A model generated the notes under the pieces. It did no database searches. It was not told the origin of the DNA and saw nothing but the letters and a program-made list of their open reading frames with translations. Below are positions 8,434 through 15,808 of a DNA stretch of 47,444 nucleotides, one piece after another (positions within the stretch are counted from its first letter, which is position 1; the number at the start of each line of letters is the position of its first letter). The position numbers and the translations under genes are program-made. The stretch is from Nanobdellota archaeon. GTDB lineage: Archaea > Nanobdellota > Nanobdellia > Parvarchaeales > Parvarchaeaceae. The stretch is taken from positions 1 to 47,444 of the forward strand of contig JAJZJK010000002.1 in NCBI GenBank assembly GCA_021851145.1. Reading direction: 5' to 3'.

Positions 8434-9179
8434 CCTGTAACCCTATTATTTTTTATGTTATCCTTTCGCTTTAAATTAAATGTCAAGTAGTATCCGTCAC
8501 CCCTGTTAAGGTCAAGTTTATTATATTCTTTGTTTATTGAGTCATATCTGCACGTTTGTAACTTTTCAGTAAGTCTACGTCCAAATACTTCAGGTATCAA
8601 TTTCCTGTCTACAGAATAACTAGAGATGTAGTTTAGATTTGTTCTCAGATTTAGCTCCTCCCTTATTGTGAATTCAACAAGAGGGTTTTGAGTCCTTGTA
8701 GTTATTGTGTTAAAACCTAGCGCAAATGTTTCGTCTACCCTTGCTTTTACAAGTTCATTGTATAATCTTCTGCCCTGGAAATCACTTGAAACAACAGCAG
8801 CAGAGAAATAGACGTGTTTCTTTTCATTATCTTCACTCTTGAGATATTTTGAACCTGCGAAGCCAATGGCTTTCCTGTCTTTGTACAATACCAAGAAAAG
8901 GTCATTATCCTTTATATGGTCCATAACTTCTGATTCAGTCATACCACTTTGGAAGGTTTTTACAGTAAAATCCACAATTTCATCAAGTGTTTTTTTGCTT
9001 AGTTTTGCTGGATCTTTGCTTTTAAGCCTGAAGGTTTCCCTGCCACCGATAAATGCTTTTGTTATATATTCTTGTTTTATATTTTTCTTCTTTATTTTCC
9101 ATTTTCTACCTCCCTGTTTTTTATAACGGAAAGTATTACCCTTCCGTTGATTGTAAGTTCTGCGTTTTTGCCCCTGCAA
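8430..9179 (-). CDS. GNAT-like acetyltransferase with basic N-terminal extension
   Basis: VYFSAAVVSSDFQGRRLYNELVKARVDETFALGF resembles GNAT motif A (beta4-alpha3). ATG 9179 is the only conventional in-frame start I found upstream of the GNAT N-terminal region (the next in-frame ATG, at codon 80, would truncate that region), but it overlaps the wHTH reading frame by 88 nt, so the start is uncertain. Confidence 0.5.
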   Translation of the reverse strand: MQGQKRRTYNQRKGNTFRYKKQGGRKWKIKKKNIKQEYITKAFIGGRETFRLKSKDPAKLSKKTLDEIVDFTVKTFQSGMTESEVMDHIKDNDLFLVLYKDRKAIGFAGSKYLKSEDNEKKHVYFSAAVVSSDFQGRRLYNELVKARVDETFALGFNTITTRTQNPLVEFTIREELNLRTNLNYISSYSVDRKLIPEVFGRRLTEKLQTCRYDSINKEYNKLDLNRGDGYYLTFNLKRKDNIKNNRVTG

Positions 9180-9386
9180 AAATCTATCAAGCCTATCCTT
9201 CTAAGAGATCTTGCATTTAATTTCAAAGTAGAGTTTCTTATGTTGTACTTCTCTTCTATTGTCTTAAGAATACTGTAAGCAGATTTGCCAGGGGCTTCCC
9301 CCAATTTCTTTAAGAATTAGCATCTGATTTCTATTTAAAGCAATTGCTACCAGTGATTCCAGTGTCCTTCTAATCTTGCTTTCCAT
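9092..9386 (-). pseudogene. winged-helix transcription regulator interrupted by a frameshift in a G5 (plus-strand C5) homopolymer
   Basis: ATG 9386 gives MESKIRRTLESLVAIALNRNQMLILKEIGG, then the frame is lost at ccccc 9298..9302. The listed ORF 9092..9304 continues (L)GEAPGKSAYSILKTIEEKYNIRNSTLKLNARSLRRIGLIDF...LTINGR. Removing one G yields a continuous ~97-aa wHTH protein. TATA at 9411..9419 (about -29) supports the 9386 start. Confidence 0.7.
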
Positions 9387-9410
9387 TTGGTATTATAAGA
9401 TAACTGCATG

Positions 9411-9419
9411 TATTTAAAT
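9411..9419 (-). promoter_or_regulatory. TATA box for the wHTH gene and downstream GNAT-amidohydrolase unit
   Basis: tatttaaat is centred about 29 nt upstream of ATG 9386. Confidence 0.5.
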
Positions 9420-9535
9420 TGATAGGGCAGTTTTGTATAACCTATAAGAATGTCCATTTTAAATTTCTTAAAAATAGGAAATTTTCCAATAATTGTTAAA
9501 AAATTCGCAGTTTTTGATTAAAATTTGGCAAACAC

Positions 9536-9543
9536 TTTTATAT
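9536..9543 (+). promoter_or_regulatory. TATA box for 9564..9881
   Basis: ttttatat is centred about 24 nt upstream of ATG 9564. Confidence 0.5.
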
Positions 9544-9563
9544 GATTAGGCACCTTAAATAAT

Positions 9564-9881
9564 ATGGAATTGTTCCACAAAAAATTAAAGTGTGAAAAAT
9601 GCGGACAAGAGTTCAAGACAGAACAGGAACTCGAGGAACACATGAAAACGCACATGGAACCTGAACAGCAGGAACCTCAGCAAAATGCTGAAGTACAGAA
9701 TGCTGAGCAGCCTAGTCAACCTCAACAGGGTGCAGGCGAACAGGAGACTGTGCAACCAAGTGTTTCGGAAAAACCGGAAGAAGAAAAGCAGGAAGTCGCA
9801 GCAGATGCAAATGCTGATGCAGAAGCAAAGCCTGAAGCTCCTTCGGAAGAACCGCAGCAGAATCAAGATAACCAGCAGTAA
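9564..9881 (+). CDS. small C2H2 zinc-finger protein with acidic Q/E/P/A-rich low-complexity tail
   Basis: KCEKCGQEFKTEQELEEHMKTH is a canonical C-x2-C-x12-H-x3-H finger. It is followed by about 75 aa of EPEQQEPQQNAE...AEAKPEAPSEEPQQNQDNQQ. Confidence 0.7.
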   Translation: MELFHKKLKCEKCGQEFKTEQELEEHMKTHMEPEQQEPQQNAEVQNAEQPSQPQQGAGEQETVQPSVSEKPEEEKQEVAADANADAEAKPEAPSEEPQQNQDNQQ

Positions 9882-9914
9882 GCTTTTTACAGATTCTGTA
9901 TAAAATTAACGTTC

Positions 9915-9960
9915 TTTTTTTGGGTTGTAATTTTTCAACCCGCCTTTATTTTTATTTTTT
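9915..9960 (+). terminator. oligo-T tracts plus short hairpin downstream of 9564..9881
   Basis: T7 at 9915..9921, then the hairpin gggttg(9922..9927)-N8-caaccc(9936..9941), then the T-rich run tttatttttatttttt. Archaeal RNAP terminates at oligo-T. Confidence 0.4.
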
Positions 9961-9961
9961 A

Positions 9962-10603
9962 TTATAAGTCTACAATAAATTCTCCAAGGTTATTGAAGTA
10001 GTCTGACCTGTTTGGGCAAGTAAGCATTACCCTGTTGCCTATAAAATAGTCCTCTGAATTTATGTCTATGCTGTGTTTTTGCCCGCACAATCGGCATGCT
10101 TCTACAGTTATCGTCAGTTTTTTGAATGAAAATAGCTCGTTTAAAACATCAGTTACATGCCTTATAGCTTCCAGTGCATGAAAGTCTTCAACCAGCTTGT
10201 CTTCGTGAGTATAATTTCTAAGTGATTTGAGATACTGAAGTATTTCCTTGTCCCTTACGGGGTTTTCATCGCATTGTATTAAGTCAAACAGTCTTGCGTA
10301 ATTTAATTTTATTGCTTTTCTGTTGTTGTTTTTGTCCTTATAGTGTATCTCTTTTATATTACTTTCATTTAAGTAGTGCTTAAGGCCCTGTTCTAAACAC
10401 CTTACAGCCAGTGACAATGCTGCATCTGGGCAGCCATAAAGGAAGGAATGTACGGATTCAGAGTACAAGCTTTTAAATTCCTTTTTTATTTTAGAGAAGT
10501 TATACGGATAAATGACTTTGGTCTGTATAAGCATATTTAGTCTATTGCTGTAATTATCCACGGTTACAAGGTTTGGAACTGATGGAAAAAGTATGCCTGC
10601 CAT
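9962..10603 (-). CDS. hypothetical protein; helical DUF4145/HEPN-like region plus C-terminal Cys-containing (zinc-ribbon-like) segment
   Basis: YGCPDAALSLAVRCLEQGLKHYL ... LQYLKSLRNYTHEDK resembles the DUF4145 layout (conserved R..LE helix, later R/N...H). The C-terminus has CRLCGQKH...TCPN. Own TATA at 10623..10633 (-25). Confidence 0.35.
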   Translation of the reverse strand: MAGILFPSVPNLVTVDNYSNRLNMLIQTKVIYPYNFSKIKKEFKSLYSESVHSFLYGCPDAALSLAVRCLEQGLKHYLNESNIKEIHYKDKNNNRKAIKLNYARLFDLIQCDENPVRDKEILQYLKSLRNYTHEDKLVEDFHALEAIRHVTDVLNELFSFKKLTITVEACRLCGQKHSIDINSEDYFIGNRVMLTCPNRSDYFNNLGEFIVDL

Positions 10604-10622
10604 TTATTATTATGGTTAGCCA

Positions 10623-10633
10623 AGTATATTAAT
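10623..10633 (-). promoter_or_regulatory. TATA box for 9962..10603
   Basis: agtatattaat is centred about 25 nt upstream of ATG 10603. Confidence 0.45.
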
Positions 10634-10647
10634 TTCTATTGTCAGCA

Positions 10648-11997
10648 TTAACTGCATTTTAGCGTCTTCTCTACAAAATATGAAGATAAATTGAAGGCTT
10701 TCCCTGTAATTTTAGAGAAGTCTGCACCAAATTCAAAGCAGGTAGTGAAATTTTGCACGTAAACCTCAATTGAAGCTGAATAAAATGGTATCCTTGTAAT
10801 ATTAAATATTCTGCTTTCATTGTAGATAAATTGCAGCCCCACCTTGTTTGACATATTTATAAAAAACATTTGTGAAGGCAGATACCTGCCAAGTTCTTCA
10901 TTACTGTAACTAGAATACAGGTATTTTGTAGCATTTATTGGAAAACTTGAATTTAATCCGCTTATATCTTGGCTTTTTAGGTAAGCTTCAAACTTAGAGG
11001 GTGAAAGCCCTAATATACTTAGGTTAGCCGAGGAATTTGTAGTTTCCTCGCCAGTAACTATAAAATACAGCTGGCTTAGCTCTGGAAAGTATCCTTCTAG
11101 GTAGGTTCTAGCCGTTTCAGAGCTATTTTGTTTTAGGTATCTGGTTAGATTAAAATTGCCAATGTTAGAAAGGAAACTTGGGGAATTGCCGACTGCAGAA
11201 ACTAGAAATGACGTTGGCAGCAAAAGATTTAGGCTGCTGTTGTCTAAAAATTTCGTTACGTTGCCAGAACTGCCTTTAGAGTAATTGCTTTCTGACAATA
11301 AAACACCAATTGATGAAAAAATTCCATTAAGATTTACGTTTACTAAAGAATTTGGATAGGTATAATTTATAGCTGCGGATTGAAAGCTGCTTTGGCCTAA
11401 AGAGCCGGTAAATATAGAAAACAAAGATTGGCTCCCAACAGCTGACAATGAATTTGATTGGGTTGGAAATACTGTAAATACTATTGTTATGAATAAAAAT
11501 ATGACAAAACCTGCAGCAATAAATGAGCCAAGTCCAGGTAAAACTTCTTCAAGTCCTCCGTTCATGTCTTTCCAGCCAAGTAAAACTGAAATGATTATTG
11601 CAGCATAAACTAGCATTATTAAATAAAGTGTATATCCAGTTATTGTGAAGTCAAGTGAAAACGCCGCCACAAAGAGTATTGCTAATGCTGAAATAGACAG
11701 TAAAATTGCCAGTATCCCTCCTTTTTTCTCGCTTTTCTTTAGCCATTTATTGCTGGTGTGGAAGAGCCAGCTTATTATTATAGCAGAAACTCCGAAAATA
11801 ATGCTAACTGCAGAAATAAAACTAATATTAGCCGGAATTAGTGCAGTGCTAATCGATTTTGGCAAGAATGCACTTAGTATGTTTATGCCTAAAAACAACA
11901 ACAAACCTATAAAAAATATTATTACCCCGATTATTAAAAAAATAGCTCCAAGTATTGACAGAAGTATCATTGCAGTGTTTGATGAATGCTCTACCAT
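10648..11997 (-). CDS. polytopic membrane protein with large sequon-rich extracytoplasmic C-terminal domain
   Basis: There are about 6 N-terminal TM segments. The C-terminal half is Ser/Asn-rich with many N-x-S/T sites (NYT, NGS? NVT, NSS, NLT, NSS, NLS, NAT, NES, NIT, NFT, NLS...). I prefer the start at the sixth codon (ATG 11997, MVEHSS...) because the TATA at 12017..12027 is then at -25. The track start at 12012 would be only 10 nt from it. Confidence 0.65.
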   Translation of the reverse strand: MVEHSSNTAMILLSILGAIFLIIGVIIFFIGLLLFLGINILSAFLPKSISTALIPANISFISAVSIIFGVSAIIISWLFHTSNKWLKKSEKKGGILAILLSISALAILFVAAFSLDFTITGYTLYLIMLVYAAIIISVLLGWKDMNGGLEEVLPGLGSFIAAGFVIFLFITIVFTVFPTQSNSLSAVGSQSLFSIFTGSLGQSSFQSAAINYTYPNSLVNVNLNGIFSSIGVLLSESNYSKGSSGNVTKFLDNSSLNLLLPTSFLVSAVGNSPSFLSNIGNFNLTRYLKQNSSETARTYLEGYFPELSQLYFIVTGEETTNSSANLSILGLSPSKFEAYLKSQDISGLNSSFPINATKYLYSSYSNEELGRYLPSQMFFINMSNKVGLQFIYNESRIFNITRIPFYSASIEVYVQNFTTCFEFGADFSKITGKAFNLSSYFVEKTLKCS

Positions 11998-12016
11998 AAC
12001 AATAATAAGCATCTGC

Positions 12017-12027
12017 GTATAAAAATA
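12017..12027 (-). promoter_or_regulatory. TATA box for 10648..11997
   Basis: gtataaaaata is centred about 25 nt upstream of ATG 11997. Confidence 0.45.
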
Positions 12028-12133
12028 TGTATTATTCTATAGGATATGGCCAATTTTTTTAGAATTTCTATATATCTATACTCTAAACTTATACTGAAAT
12101 TAACTATTTAACAATAAAGCGCATTTTAATTCA

Positions 12134-12922
12134 ATGGATGAAAACTCAAAATATGCTAAAATGTTTGATCTTACGGGGAAAGCTGCAATAGTAACTGGCG
12201 CTTCAAGTGGCTTAGGCATAAGTTTTACAGAAGCATTAGCAGAAGCAGGTGCTGATGTTGTCATCTGTGCAAGAAGGGATGAAAAATTAATAGAAAATGC
12301 AGAGAGAATAAGCAAATACACAAATAGGCAGATAATACCTGTAAAGGCAGACTTGACAAATGAAGAGGACATAATAAACGTAGTAAAGATTGCTGAGGAA
12401 AAACTTAAAAAAATAGATATATTAATAAATAATGCAGGTTCAGCAGTAGCAGGGCCTTCTTTAAACCTAAAGAAAGAAGATTGGCAAAAAGTACTTGATG
12501 TAGATATCTCCGCAGTGTTTATTTTTTCTCAGAAAGTCATTTCCAGCATGATTGCACACGGTGTAAAAGGCAGCATAATAAACATAGCGTCAATATATGG
12601 TTTGTTCGGGGATATAATACCTGCTGCACCTTACTACGCAAGCAAAGGCGCGGTTGTGAATCTTACTAGAGCAATGGCGGTTGAATTTGCTGGCCAAGGC
12701 ATAAGGATAAATGCAATTGCACCAGGTTTCTTTCCAAGTGAAATGACAAATGATTTATTGAAGGATAAAGCTGTGCTTGACCATATAACCCAAAGAACGC
12801 CCATGGGAAGGGTAGGTAACCCTAACGAGCTTAAAGGCGGCGCAATATTTCTTGCTTCTGATGCAGCGTCCTATGTTACAGGGCATATCCTTGCAATTGA
12901 TGGCGGTTGGAGTTCTATATAA
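12134..12922 (+). CDS. short-chain dehydrogenase/reductase (classical SDR)
   Basis: TGASSGLG (TGxxxGxG), NNAG, catalytic S (NIASIYG) and YYASK (YxxxK). TATA tatttaac at about -25. Confidence 0.9.
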   Translation: MDENSKYAKMFDLTGKAAIVTGASSGLGISFTEALAEAGADVVICARRDEKLIENAERISKYTNRQIIPVKADLTNEEDIINVVKIAEEKLKKIDILINNAGSAVAGPSLNLKKEDWQKVLDVDISAVFIFSQKVISSMIAHGVKGSIINIASIYGLFGDIIPAAPYYASKGAVVNLTRAMAVEFAGQGIRINAIAPGFFPSEMTNDLLKDKAVLDHITQRTPMGRVGNPNELKGGAIFLASDAASYVTGHILAIDGGWSSI

Positions 12923-12934
12923 TGATTTATAGCT

Positions 12935-13456
12935 ATGGGGCAGAATCTAAAGTATTTCATTGAAAACTACAAATCTCTCAGGAATGTGACCCTATGCTAT
13001 CTCTATGATAAGACTAAAAATAAAGTTCTTATAGCCATGAAAAAAAGAGGATTTGGAGTTGGAAAGTTGAACGGAATAGGCGGAAAGGTTGAAAAGGATG
13101 AAACTATTACGGATGCGCTTATTAGAGAAACTAAGGAAGAGATTGGAGTAGACTTAAAAGACTTTGAGAAAGTTGCTGTAATTAATTTCTATTTTAAGAA
13201 TAATCCCTCAGATAAAAACTTTAACCAGAAAGCGCATGTTTTTATGGCTTACAAATGGGAAAATGAGCCGGTTGAAACGGAAGAAATGGCACCACAATGG
13301 ATTGATGTGAATTCACTGCCATTAGATAAGATGTGGTCTGATGACAAGTACTGGCTTCCAGGAATTATCTCGGGTAAAAAATACATTGCGTCATTTTTAT
13401 TTAATGACGACAACAGCATAGCAGAAATGGATTTACGAGAAGTAAAAAATCTTTAG
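12935..13456 (+). CDS. Nudix hydrolase, MTH1/NUDT1-like (probable oxidised purine NTP pyrophosphatase)
   Basis: Nudix box GKVEKDETITDALIRETKEEIGV (Gx5Ex7REUxEExGU). The C-terminal MWSDDKYWLPGIISGKKYIASFLFNDD...LREV resembles the human MTH1 C-terminus as I recall it. The gene starts 12 nt after the SDR stop. Confidence 0.8.
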   Translation: MGQNLKYFIENYKSLRNVTLCYLYDKTKNKVLIAMKKRGFGVGKLNGIGGKVEKDETITDALIRETKEEIGVDLKDFEKVAVINFYFKNNPSDKNFNQKAHVFMAYKWENEPVETEEMAPQWIDVNSLPLDKMWSDDKYWLPGIISGKKYIASFLFNDDNSIAEMDLREVKNL

Positions 13457-13495
13457 TTCTGAATAATCTAATTAAAATCTAATTAACAGGAAGCA

Positions 13496-13756
13496 CTATA
13501 TATATGAGAGCAGGGCTGAACTTGTTGAGGGTGTGCTTAGGCCTAAAGTATGTCTTACTAATATCCTTACTCCCAGTATATTATAATGATAAAATAGGTA
13601 TGCAAGAATTAAAAGAACTATTATTACCGCGATTACGATTATAATGTACTTATTTATCTTAAATTCATTTCCAGAACTGTTAGGTATGCTATCATCTGTA
13701 GAAAGTATGTTGCTCTTATCAGCAGGTTTATCTTGGCTGTTAGGCACTTGATCCAT
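13496..13756 (-). CDS. small single-pass membrane protein
   Basis: TM YIIIVIAVIIVLLILAYLFY. TATA tatttaaa at 13778..13785 lies about 25 nt upstream of ATG 13756. Confidence 0.5.
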   Translation of the reverse strand: MDQVPNSQDKPADKSNILSTDDSIPNSSGNEFKINKYIIIVIAVIIVLLILAYLFYHYNILGVRILVRHTLGLSTPSTSSALLSYI

Positions 13757-13777
13757 TTTATATCGAAATCTTTGTCG

Positions 13778-13785
13778 TATTTAAA
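13778..13785 (-). promoter_or_regulatory. TATA box for 13496..13756
   Basis: tatttaaa is centred about 25 nt upstream of the ATG. Confidence 0.45.
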
Positions 13786-13845
13786 CATTGTTATGTCAAT
13801 TTAAACTGCAAAATATTAATATAACTGTTACTTAAAGATTAGTCT

Positions 13846-14352
13846 ATGATGAATAACATGAGAGAGGTAAGCGGGTTAACTGACAATAAAATAATAGATT
13901 TTTTAGACATAAAGGAAGGTTATAGTATAATAGATATAGGTGGAAGGGATGGGTTCTTTAGCAAGAAAATGCTAGAAAAAAGCGGTGATGTTACCGTTGT
14001 AGATCTAAATGACGTATATTTTGATGAGCTAAAACGAGAAGGCATCAAAACTATAAGAGCAGACATGTGCGAGTATTCAGAAGGCTCATTTGATTTAGTA
14101 TTTATGTCAAATGTTTATCACGATCTTGTTAATGAATGTGGGGGTAAGGCATTAAAAAATATCGACAAAATCACAAAAAGATATATTGCAGTTTTGGACT
14201 TTAAACCTGAAGATACTACGTTTGGTCCCCCGGTTAGTATAAGGCTAAGTAAGGAAACTGTCATAGCAGACATGAAGGGTATAGGGTTAAAACTGATAAA
14301 AGAAACGGAGCTAAAATACCATTATCTATTGCTTTTTGAAAGACAGCACTAA
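13846..14352 (+). CDS. class I SAM-dependent methyltransferase
   Basis: Motif I IIDIGGRDGFF, an acidic loop VVDLND and DLVFMSNVYHD. TATA attaatataa at about -27. Confidence 0.7.
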   Translation: MMNNMREVSGLTDNKIIDFLDIKEGYSIIDIGGRDGFFSKKMLEKSGDVTVVDLNDVYFDELKREGIKTIRADMCEYSEGSFDLVFMSNVYHDLVNECGGKALKNIDKITKRYIAVLDFKPEDTTFGPPVSIRLSKETVIADMKGIGLKLIKETELKYHYLLLFERQH

Positions 14353-14387
14353 ATAAGTATAAATACGCGGTTTATTCTCTATTTTTA

Positions 14388-15026
14388 ATGGTTCTAAGCC
14401 AGATATTGATAAAAGGGGAAAGTGATCACAAAATTATCAAGAAAAAGTATAATAGTTTTAATTCTTATAAATGGGTTATTTCCCCTCTTTTTAGGGCTTT
14501 TTATCCTTTTGCGGTGTCTTCTGAAAGCAGACTTGAACGAGAGCTAAATTTTCTAAAATCCAATAATGAAATAAAAAAACCAAAATTATACTCCTTTGAT
14601 GCTGATTTAAGAGAACTGGACCGGGAATATATAGAAGGCAACGTAGAATACTGTGAAGGGGCAAAGGTAGGAGAATTGCTTTCAAGCATTCATAAAGAGG
14701 GTTATTCTCTTGGAGACTCAAAACTTGATAATTTTATATGCAATCTTGAGGGGGCTTATATAATAGATTCCGAGCAGGCAATAAAAAGCGATAAGAAAAG
14801 ATATAGGTATTGGGATGTGTCCTTGTTAATATTGTCTGCAGCCTATTATAATTATTCTAATAATTCTTCATTTAGTAATTTTCTATATGACTTTTCCAAA
14901 AATTATTCATATTGGGAGGAATATAGAGAAAGCGCAATAAAAGGGATTTATGCATTACTGTTTTTATTAATGCCTCCACAGCATCTTAAAAGTTTAAAAA
15001 CTGCTTTAAGGGACTACAAAAAATAA
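14388..15026 (+). CDS. small atypical kinase-like protein (Bud32 / Kdo-kinase fold)
   Basis: LGDSKLDNFI matches the (H)xDxxxxN catalytic loop and YIIDSEQA matches the DFG-equivalent Asp. The ~210-aa size fits. No Kae1 partner is in the window. TATA at -27. Confidence 0.4.
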   Translation: MVLSQILIKGESDHKIIKKKYNSFNSYKWVISPLFRAFYPFAVSSESRLERELNFLKSNNEIKKPKLYSFDADLRELDREYIEGNVEYCEGAKVGELLSSIHKEGYSLGDSKLDNFICNLEGAYIIDSEQAIKSDKKRYRYWDVSLLILSAAYYNYSNNSSFSNFLYDFSKNYSYWEEYRESAIKGIYALLFLLMPPQHLKSLKTALRDYKK

Positions 15027-15051
15027 GATAATTTTTATTGCAGCTAACAGC

Positions 15052-15603
15052 TTACTTCTTTAGTCTTAAAGCCCATTGAGCCAGTTTCTCAACCAGATCA
15101 TTTATTAACGCAACAGTGTCATCATCTACAAATAAGCCATTTTCTACCTTATCTCCGGCCCCTCCTATAAAAACTTGCGGCCTTTCTAACGGGTGCGCAT
15201 TGAGAAAAGAGAATATCTGTCTTAAATGATACTGTGCAACAGCCGTTCCTATTATAGCACCACCGCTAGCTCCTATTGTAGCTACGGGCTTATCATCAAA
15301 AGAGTTATCTCCATAAGGCCTAGACGCCCAGTCTATAGCGTTCTTTAGAACTCCGGGTATAGACCTGTTATACTCGGGAGTGGCTATTAGTATAGCATCT
15401 GCTTTCTTTATCTTATCTTTGAATGCTTTTACGCTTTCAGGAAAATTAACTATATCTTGATTAAAAAGAGGTATGCTATCTAAATCAAGAATTTCTATGT
15501 TTATATTTTCGGGGGAGTATTTTTTTGCGGTGTTTATTATTGCTTTATTGAATGAATCCTTCCGAAGACTTCCTGCAAATGCAGCTATTGTTACTTTTTC
15601 CAT
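15052..15603 (-). CDS. NAD(P)H-dependent FMN reductase (flavodoxin-like fold)
   Basis: KVTIAAFAGSLRKDSFN, ADAILIATPEYNRSIPGVLKNAIDWASRP. Confidence 0.85.
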   Translation of the reverse strand: MEKVTIAAFAGSLRKDSFNKAIINTAKKYSPENINIEILDLDSIPLFNQDIVNFPESVKAFKDKIKKADAILIATPEYNRSIPGVLKNAIDWASRPYGDNSFDDKPVATIGASGGAIIGTAVAQYHLRQIFSFLNAHPLERPQVFIGGAGDKVENGLFVDDDTVALINDLVEKLAQWALRLKK

Positions 15604-15623
15604 CCTTAAAATATGTAACAGAA

Positions 15624-15633
15624 GTATATAAAT
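15624..15633 (-). promoter_or_regulatory. TATA box for FMN reductase gene
   Basis: gtatataaat is centred about 25 nt upstream of ATG 15603. Confidence 0.5.
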
Positions 15634-15642
15634 CTTTTGATA

Positions 15643-15660
15643 ATATCGTAAGCACGATAT
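15643..15660. promoter_or_regulatory. 18-bp palindrome ATATCGT-aagc-ACGATAT, candidate operator abutting the BRE/TATA of the FMN reductase gene
   Basis: Perfect 7-bp arms. The same arms and flanks (aATATCGT..ACGATATct) recur at 41223..41239 in the PadR promoter. I found no other full copy in the window. Confidence 0.45.
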
Positions 15661-15808
15661 CTGTTACTAGCCTGTATATATTAATCTTAAAATTATTTAG
15701 GTTTAATAAAAAATTTAAGTTATTTCTTAATGTCTTTTATTCTATAAAATGTTTAGCTACTTTTGAGTGCTTTATTCTAAAATTTATAAGCAATAACTGC
15801 ATTAAAAT

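Noticed and set aside
9585-9903. Alternative-frame ORFs 9585..9866 (-) and 9685..9903 (+) over the zinc-finger gene
   Set aside because: They are by-products of the low-complexity CAG/GAA-rich tail. Only the 9564 frame has a start-proximal TATA and a canonical C2H2 finger.
754-10603. The nucleotidyltransferase (754..1467) and the HEPN-like protein (9962..10603) as an MNT-HEPN toxin-antitoxin pair
   Set aside because: The genes are 8.5 kb apart, on opposite strands and in separate transcription units. TA pairs are adjacent and co-transcribed.
11645-12372. ORFs 11645..12022 (+) and 12100..12372 (-)
   Set aside because: They are antisense to the membrane-protein gene and the SDR gene respectively. 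Both partners have strong coding evidence.
13846-13885. ATGATGA ... CTGA, resembling C and D boxes of an archaeal C/D sRNA
   Set aside because: The C-like box is simply the ATG-ATG start of the methyltransferase gene, the spacing is too short, and there are no C'/D' boxes or terminal stem.
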